Shown one piece after another: positions 56,180 through 64,000 of a stretch of DNA of 64,000 nucleotides (positions are counted from its first letter, which is position 1; each line of letters starts with the position of its first letter). Source of the DNA: Octopus vulgaris (Eukaryota). The stretch spans positions 11,718,001 through 11,782,000 of the forward strand of contig OX597832.1 in assembly GCA_951406725.2 (NCBI GenBank). The letters run 5' to 3'. A model generated the notes under the pieces. The model worked only from the letters and a program-made list of their open reading frames with translations. It made no database searches and was not told the DNA's origin. Position numbers and translations under genes: made by a program.

Positions 56180-57225
56180 TTTTACAGTTAGGCAAAAGAC
56201 CAACAGTTTTCAGTAGGAGTTGATTACAGCGACCCCTGTACTTTGATTGGTAATTTATTCTATCGGAAGGCGCAATGGCCCAATGGTTAGAGCAGTGGAC
56301 TCGCCACAGAAACCGGGAAACCGGGCCCATGAGCCTGGCTAGGCTTGAAAAGGGCGCATAAATAAATAAATGAATAAATAATTTATTCTATCAAATTCAA
56401 AAAATGAAAAGTAAATTTGACCGCGAAAGGATGTGAGCACAGAAAGGGAAAACCGAAAAAAAAAATCTGCAAATATTTCTCCTGAGACTTTAAGTTCAGT
56501 CCATTTGCCGCTATTTTACAATGTCTTCTGGTTTAGGCAAAACATCAGCAAGTTTGAAATTTTGAAACCAATACCATCGATATCAACAGATGTTTTATGT
56601 TATCAATTCCGGAGAGAGGAAATGCAAATTTGACCCTAGGAGAACTGAATTCTAAAAATAGGGAATAGGGAGGAACGGCAGAAAGAATTTCTGACGCTCT
56701 CATAATTCTAACAATGCTGCTATTACCATTACTACTGATGTGATGAATTCTTCATTAATAACAATTATTGTTGAGACAGCTTTTGTTGACAAAAATATTG
56801 ATATCACTTTTAGCAATATTCCTTTTTAATTTTAGTACAATGCAAGAAATTTTGAGGTGTGGGAAATGGTTTACATCGACCTCACTCCTCAACTTGTTCT
56901 TATTTGATTGAAAAGCGAAGGCCGAAAAGCGAAGTCCAACGCGACAGAAATTTAACTCCGAACGTAAAGACGATAGAAACGTCTTCAAGCATTTCGTCGA
57001 ATGTGTTAGTCATTCTGCGACCTCACTGCCTTACTACTTTTATTCATATTGGTTTCAGTCTTTTTGTACAAGGCCAGCAAGTTGTACAAATAGAATAGGT
57101 CCATTACATTGAATGTAATTTTTAACTGATACTTACTTTATCCATAACGAAAGGAAAAAGATACTCCTAAAGTATAGACGAACGAAATGCCGCTAAGCAT
57201 TTTCTCCGGTGTGCTGACGATTCTT
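56180..57225 (-). mobile_element. Stack of four diverged family-C SINEs (about 56180-56480, 56525-56715, 56820-57030, 57050-57225)
   Basis: Each shows parts of the family-C tail/core/head in minus orientation; the first is split by a mini-SINE. Confidence 0.7.
56265..56378 (+). mobile_element. 114-bp mini-SINE (family A head plus tail type 3) nested in a family-C SINE
   Basis: GGAAGGCGCAATGGCCCAATGGTTAGAGCAGTGGACTCGC...GGGCCCATGAGCCTGGCTAGGCTTGAAAAGGGCGCAT(AAAT)n. 14-bp TSD TAATTTATTCTATC (56251-56264, 56379-56392). Confidence 0.88.
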
Positions 57226-57256
57226 TATTACTATTTTATTAATATTACTACTTATT

Positions 57257-57681
57257 CTTTTCTACACTAGACACAACGCCCGAAATTTTGGGGGAGGGTG
57301 CCAGTCGATTAGATCGAACTAGTACGCGACTGGTATTTAATTTATCGTCCCTGAAAGGATGAAATGCAAAGTCGACCTCGACGGAATTTGAACTCAAAAC
57401 GTTAAGAAAGCAAATACCGTTAAGCATTTCGCTCGGCGTGGTAACGTTTCTTATTTCTTTATTACCCACAAGGGGCTAAACATAGAGGGGAGAAACAAGG
57501 ACAGACAAACGGATTAAGTCGATTACATCGCCCCCAGTGCGTAACTGGTACTTAATTTATCGACCCCGAAGGATGAAAGGCAAAGTCGACCTCGACGGAA
57601 TTTGAACTCAGAACGTAAAGACAGACGAAATACTGCTAAGCATTTAGCTCGGAGTGCTAACGTTTCTATCGGCTCGCCGCC
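57257..57681 (-). mobile_element. Dimeric family-C SINE, well preserved
   Basis: Two head/core units with different tails. Core is GTCGACTTTGCCTTTCATCCTTCGGGGTCGATAAATTAAGTACCAG. A single 18-bp TSD TTAATATTACTACTTATT (57239-57256, 57682-57699) flanks both. Confidence 0.9.
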
Positions 57682-58659
57682 TTAATATTACTACTTATTA
57701 ATACTGTCATGGCTACAAGTCGGACGCTTTCGTAGCTGCTGCTGCTACTATTACTACTAATTCAACTACTACGACTGCTTTAATGATTTATATCTCTACT
57801 AGAAAAATGATTCCTTCGTAGATTCTTCTATGCTAACGAGGATGCCATAAAATCGAAACACGCCGGCAGTATTAAGATTTGTTTATAATAAATCGACTCA
57901 AGGAAATATAATCAGGTTCGAACCGATCTGCCTGGAGTAGTAGCAAATTCTTAGGAAATAATTCCATGTGCAGTTCAGTATGGAAAGTTTAAATAGGGTA
58001 ACACGAAAAAGAAGCTGGAATATCTTGGATTAAACATTCAAACGAAATAGCAATGTCTTAAAAAGATTGATCAACTACTACTACTGCTACTACAGCTGCT
58101 GCTGCTTTCAGAACGAGTTTTTTTTTCCATTAAATTTCTATGTATTGCCATGCAAATTAAAAATACATCTAAAATAAAATTAGATGCAGCACGGAATTTT
58201 GTCAGTGAACAGGTTGCGGTCTCAAAGCGAAGAAAATATTTTGACAAATTAAATTTAAATGTTGAAGTGAATCTAACGGTGTTTTGTGTGTTTCTTAAAT
58301 GGCTTATAAACACCTTCCACGCTGCAATTGTTTTCGTTCCAGCACACGATCGCAGATCAGGTTACTTGCTATGCAAGTACATCTCCGTAACATTTAAAAT
58401 TGTTAAAGATTTACTAGCTCACGGTAGTTATAGTCCTGCTGAATCCCATCTAATCGAAACAATATATTTTGTATTTCGAATTTTGAGGATCGAGAATACA
58501 CGACATTCTTCTAGTCTGGCTTCTTTTTTTTTTTAAGCAAGGTATTTATGAATATGCTATGGAATGCTTTGACAATTCAAATGAACATTGATATATACGT
58601 ATATTAAGTTGGGAAATTGTGTAGTATTGTATCAAATATTGAAAAACATTTTATGTAAC

Positions 58660-58862
58660 AGCAGCAGCAACAGTAGTAGTAGTAGTAGTGGTTGTGGTAG
58701 CGTTGTTGGTAGTAGTAGTAGTAGTGCTGGTTGTGGTTTTGTTGCTGTTCTTAGTTGTAGTAGTGGTGGTCGTGGTGGTGTTGTTGTTGTTGCTGTTCTT
58801 AGTAGTGGTGGTAGTGATGGTGTTGTTGTTGTTGTTGGTGGTGGTGGTAGTAGTAGTAGTAA
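58660..58862. repeat. Compound (AGT/GGT/GTT)n trinucleotide repeat
   Basis: Seen directly. Confidence 0.92.
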
Positions 58863-59517
58863 TAGACCTTTGATGTATGATCGTTTACTGTTTTGATCCC
58901 ATCGACTTTACAGTGAACTTATCCGAAATATGTGACCTTGTGCCTCTGTTAGAGGTCAATATTATTTTGCTACATTACAAAAGAAAAGAAGAAGAAGAAG
59001 AAGAAGAAGAACGCACCAAATAAAACATAACAAAGGCAAATTGACTTGAACAGGAAACATTAAACACAGGCACTGAACTTAAAGAAATTGACCAGAACCG
59101 CCCATGGGTAGATGTAAGGGTAGATGAAACGAATGAGATAAAGGACAAAAATTGACGGAGAAGGCTAACGATGAATCTTATAAATATCAGAATATTTAAA
59201 GCTGAAGATATTACATGAAATCAGCTAAAAATCAGTTTCAGAAAAATAGATGCAATTGTTTTCCCGTTTTAAATTACAGGTTCAATCCAAAGTGGGAGCT
59301 AAGCAACTGCAGAGCGTAGAAAGAAAAAAATTAACAGAAAAAGTTCTCTGAAGTGACCAGCATAAATTTCATATGAAAAAAAATATATATATAACCCGGG
59401 GAAATCGCTATAAAGTAACAGCAATTGAATTGAAAATACATATTTAGCAGCCAGTAAAAACTGTTATATACAATGAGTAACATGTAAACAATGATTTCTC
59501 TATATATGATGTAATAA

Positions 59518-59655
59518 TTCTTACTACTATAGGCGCAAGGCCTGAAATTTTGGTTGGAGGAACTAGTCGATTATATCATTTCCAGTACACAATTATTACA
59601 TTTTTTATTGACCCTGGAGAGTAAAAGAAAAAAAAATCGACTACGGTGGGATGTA
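59518..59655 (-). mobile_element. SINE family C, 3' fragment
   Basis: TACTATAGGCGCAAGGCCTGAAATTTTGG...CTAGTCGATTATATC. Confidence 0.7.
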
Positions 59656-60181
59656 TAATTTAATAATAAAACACAATTCGAAATCATCTCCACAAAATTA
59701 TTTTCTATGTATAGTAATTAATATTGAAAATGGAGAGCTGCATATATATTTGAAAGAAAATAGATGACCTTCAATTATTCATTCAGTTAATATTGTATAA
59801 ACTGATTTTACCCTCATCTGCAAAACGCTCGTGTTGTTTTTGAAAATTTAAGTTTGAAACTGAATTTACATGATACCTCTGCAATATTTGAAGCATACCA
59901 TGGGTTGATTCTGTCAAATTCAAAATAATTCATGTCTGATAGAAGGCATTTATCGAAATGTTTTCCATATATTATCAAATTCTCAATTCAAAATTTTTCA
60001 ATTGAAACTAAAATTCAATTTCTTTTCTCAGAATATATATTAGCTTATAAAGAATTTTAAAATCTAACATTTTGTACTGAATAATGCAACAAGTTTATAA
60101 TTATTTCTCCGTGAACCTTCCAGTTTTACGTTTCAAAATGAAGATGATGGTCACCTCACCCCACAGTCATATTAAGCTTCA

Positions 60182-60485
60182 TCAATAATAATAAACTAGA
60201 AATTCTGTCCGTCTGTCCATCCGGAACCCCTATATCTCAATCTACATTTGCTCTACATAGACATATACCGTTCTGGAATCATGGTGAACCCAGGTTTGAA
60301 AATCTACCCTTCATTTGATCATTGTATATTCAGCATTGGGATCAGGTTGGGATGACTATTTGTCATTTGCTAATAGGTGAAAATTCCAATTTTAAAGAAC
60401 TCCAGAAATTTATGTGCTTACAAGTTTCTCAGTTAAGCTGAATTTCAAGTAATACCATATTGGTAGGGTCATATCATATTGTTAG
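60182..60485 (+). mobile_element. Possible non-autonomous Helitron
   Basis: Start A|TCAATAATAATAAA...TCTGTCCGTCTGTCC resembles the 5' end of the 27277-27626 element; the 3' end is ambiguous (GTTAG|T). Confidence 0.3.
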
Positions 60486-61049
60486 TGTACCAATAAATTC
60501 TTTATTATTATTGTTCTGTTTAGTTTTAGGCCGAAGACACAATAAGTCCTCCGCAGGAGCCAGCACGAAACTCCGCACTGAGTGCAAGTTTTAAGGCTGT
60601 AACCTAATGTGTCAATTATGTCTAGCAATTAGGATGGATTGCATTGTTCATTCTTCTAAAAGAATTCTACATGCATTATTTTTTTTTCTTTTCGTGGGAG
60701 CATTACATCAATTTTAAGTCTACTTAATGTCACAGTGATTGGCCCTCCTCCAGCCATCACACTTTTCTATGCAGCAAGGGTTTTCTGGAATTGGGACCAC
60801 ATATCTAGAATGCGTAACTGTGAAAGAAGTATGTAATCTTAATAATATCTTGTTGAGTTTATGTATTTAGTTTTGAAGAATTTTTCATCCATTAATTCTA
60901 TATGCTCTATTATGCATTGACTATATATTTTATCAACCTTAAACTAAATATGCAAACAAGTTTTGATTGAATATGTAAGGTCAGTTTAATATGTCCTTTT
61001 CCCAGTAAGCTCCTACATCATTTCGTAGCACTGAATTATGTGCTTTTTC

Positions 61050-61715
61050 TTAAAATTGGTCCCGATTGAGGAGTGTGTTTTCATATTTTGAATGTTCATT
61101 CAATGATAATCAATCCTCGTGCATATATCTTTTTCATAAACAACTACCAATAGTTAAGCAACATTTCAAATATCGGTCACTTCATTAAACGGAATCCCAA
61201 TTTTAATACTACTTTACTGCACTTTCATACTATATTAATTCATAAACGAAATTTTCTTCATTTTTTTTTTACATACTGTATCACTTGACAGTGGAATTTT
61301 TCTATTTCGTCTGCTTGCGTTTTCGGTGGATAATTTGTATGAGTCTAACAGCCGATGGCAATAAAACGTTTTAACCAATGTATGGCTTCATAAAATTTCT
61401 GATTCAGAATGAGACTTCGTGTGATGTTCTTTAAAATACTTGTGACGTTTTTGAAAAAGTTTCAATTTGTGCTTTCGTAAAGTTCAATAATATATTTCGA
61501 AGCATGGTAATGTTTTGCCTGGCTAGGAGGTATGTCTGGTATCTAGTAGTATTCAAGAAATCTTTTTTAAAAAAATTACAGGCTTCCTAATTTCTTTCAC
61601 CAAATATCCATTACGCATTGTGTAGACAGGACGCTACAATTTACGTATAAGTTCAGAAGTGAATCCAAAGGGCAACAACAAGAAAATTAATAGAATTGTT
61701 CGTTACACTTTTTCA
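61050..61715 (-). mobile_element. hAT Buster/Charlie-family transposase N-terminal fragment, decayed
   Basis: LPFGFTS...RP...KEIRKP, RTSHEVSF*IRNFMKPYIG*NVLLPSAV, ADEI/KIPLSSDTV and GIPFNEVTDI*NVA*LLVVV fit GFT, ASY.VS..IAK..KPH.IGE.LILPA, IPLS.DTV and QLDE.TDI...AQLL of Buster/ZBED5-like proteins. Confidence 0.78.
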
Positions 61716-61752
<37 letters not shown>

Positions 61753-61762
61753 ATATAATTAT

Positions 61763-62336
61763 TATTCTGTTGTGTCTGGGGAGAGTCATTTTCTTTTTGC
61801 ACCTTATAATTTAACACACATGACCTTATATACACACATGACCATATATACACACACACACTTTACTTCACAAAGGACACATATGGAGACACGTGTCCAC
61901 ACATATCGAGATGCACACACAAGGAGACAGGTGCATACATACACAAACACACACTCACACATACATAAAAATACACAAACAGGGACAGGCAAACGCAGAA
62001 TACATACAGATGCACACATATACATATATATATACATATGCATACACACACATATATACATACATGCCTAGGCAGACACACACACTGACCTACACACATA
62101 CGCACAAACAAGCAAAAAGGAACGCAGTGTAAATAACGAACAGAGTCAAGACTATTTAAAAGGTTGCAAGACGCAACGAACATTTTAGGTAAAAAAATAA
62201 GGAATAAGTGGAAATTTTACCGGTGAGTGTGTTAAATAATAAGGCACTAAAAGAGAATGAATCACCCCAGACACAACAGAATATGCTTCAACACACGAAT
62301 GCACATGAATCTTGCAAGCCAAATCCAAAAACGAAA
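61763..62336 (+). mobile_element. Second PLE terminus of the 26141 family with a short inverted 5' piece
   Basis: 61763-61819 is the reverse complement of ~62225-62283. 62150-62336 matches 26260-26450. Inserted in (TTA)n. The hammerhead-like motif at 62152-62189 is mutated. Confidence 0.75.
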
Positions 62337-62354
62337 TATTATTATTATCACTAA

Positions 62355-62389
<35 letters not shown>

Positions 62390-63357
62390 TTGCTCTTTTT
62401 TGTGCAAGATTGTTCAGCTTCTACTTTTCCACTCACGTTCCGATTCTTTTTAGTGCGGCATGGTTCTTCAGGTGCTAATTATTTCAACATCGTATTTCGT
62501 CGTGTCCGTCTTTCACAGATTTACCCATCCATCCATCCGTAGTGCGTGGGTGTAATTTTCAGTCCGACAAACTAGAAAATAAATATTTTGGAAACAACTG
62601 GAACATATTTAAAACAGTAACTAACGTAACTTAGTAAAGTCAGATTTATAGGTATTTGAATTTTATACTAAATTCAGAATCAAACGTTTTAAAACCTGCA
62701 ACTTAAGTAAATTTTTAAAAAATTGTGAGATTCAAATAACTCTAGTAAATAAAAAAAATATCAACGAAATTTATTCATTTGAGTAAATCGCACACTTTCT
62801 CACAATTTAATTGTCTCTAAAAGACTATATTATTGAGTTACTGTTCGCTGTTTATATCTAATTCCACAACGAGAATTCAAAATCATGGATGTAACTGCAT
62901 GCCGTCTAAACACCAAGCAGACTAGCACTTCGTTCATTTAAGCTATTACTACATGATCAAAAGTAAAGATAAAAGATGCAAAATACAGCAAAATAGTGAT
63001 GAGTACGCCATGGATAGTAGATTGGATCGTCGTCAAAATTGTTTTACAATATAAAGCAAACATTTGACGTTATTCATTTCCGTGTAATATACAAGTATGG
63101 AAGATAAACTATGCAAACAGAACCAACTCAGTCAAGCTGATAATTGTTGAGCAACTCATGAGCAAATATCCTTTCATGCATAGAATTATATTATAGAAAT
63201 ATTTTCTTACGTGTATATTTTCACTATATTTTTTCTTATGATTACAGATAAATTCTTTAAGAGACACAGTAAGGAAATTATGTTCTCTCTGAAAAGTTTG
63301 TGCCTCCAGATAATCTTTACGTGATAACCCAATGTTGTGAAGTATACTTTGAGACGT

Positions 63358-63698
63358 GAAGGTGCGTGGCTCAATGGTCAGAGCGTAGAGCTTACGATCG
63401 TGAGATTGTGAGATCGATTCCCTCACCGGGCTGTCTGTTGTGTTCTTGAGCAAGACACTTTATTTCATGTTGCTCCAGTTAACTCAGCTGTAGAAATGAG
63501 TTGCGACATCACTGGTGCGAAGCTGTATCGGCCTTTGGCTTTCCCTTGGATAATATCAGTGGTGTGGAGAGGGGAGGCTTGTATGCATGGGCGACTGCTA
63601 GCTTTCCACAAACAATCTTGCCCTGACTTGTGCCTGGGAGGGTAACTTTCTAGGTGCAATCCCATGGTCATTCATGACCGAAGGGGGTCTCCTACTCC
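63358..63698 (+). mobile_element. tRNA-derived SINE family D, full length
   Basis: Head GAAGGTGCGTGGCTCAATGGTCAGAG...GATCGATTCCC, central GTTGTGTTCTTGAGCAAGACACTT, tail ...CATGACCGAAGGGGGTC. Imperfect 15-bp TSD TATACTTTGAGACGT / TATACTTTAAGATGT. Confidence 0.9.
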
Positions 63699-64000
63699 TA
63701 TACTTTAAGATGTTATGGTCAACTCAATCGCCATGTATTAATAGAACGCAACAATAATCTTACAGAATCGATACACAATACGTTAACACTTTGTAAACCA
63801 TTATCATACATTAATAAAGCCCAACACACATTCTACATAATTGCATATAACAACATATATAAAACAGCAACAATCAAACAGATGCGGAAAACATTCCTCC
63901 TATACACGAAAGCAAAATACAATTTACTTTGCATATTCTGTGTGCAAGAGATGTTACAATGAAATAACGGAAATAACGCTAGCATTAATAGACCAAATCA

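Noticed and set aside
61050-61715. Domesticated ZBED5/SCAND3/FAM200-like gene
   Set aside because: Many stops and frameshifts; a decayed transposase.

Overview
AT-rich eukaryotic genomic DNA, dense in microsatellites. It is almost certainly a gene-poor intergenic or intronic region of an octopus (cephalopod) genome; this is inferred from the SINE families and the huge (TA)n/(TATG)n/(ATT)n tracts. I can support no intact protein-coding gene: nearly all long ORFs in the track are microsatellite artefacts. DNA transposon remnants: an internally deleted mellifera-type mariner with TIRs, two DD37D (maT) copies, a Buster/Charlie hAT fragment and MITE, and a non-autonomous Helitron. Retroelement remnants: CR1-group and RTE LINE 3' ends (one RTE with an inverted 5' piece), Penelope-like (PLE) fragments, and about 30 tRNA-derived SINE copies of several families. 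Most interesting signals: (i) PLE fold-back termini carrying a non-canonical U3-A8 minimal hammerhead-ribozyme-like motif; (ii) modular SINEs with exchangeable heads and tails, including a dimer within one 18-bp TSD and a 114-bp mini-SINE; (iii) a LINE 3' end sharing its tail with a SINE family; (iv) head-to-tail SINE stacks and inverted SINE pairs; (v) weak traces of decayed PAN/C-type-lectin exons. All family assignments come from motif recognition by eye, not database searches.
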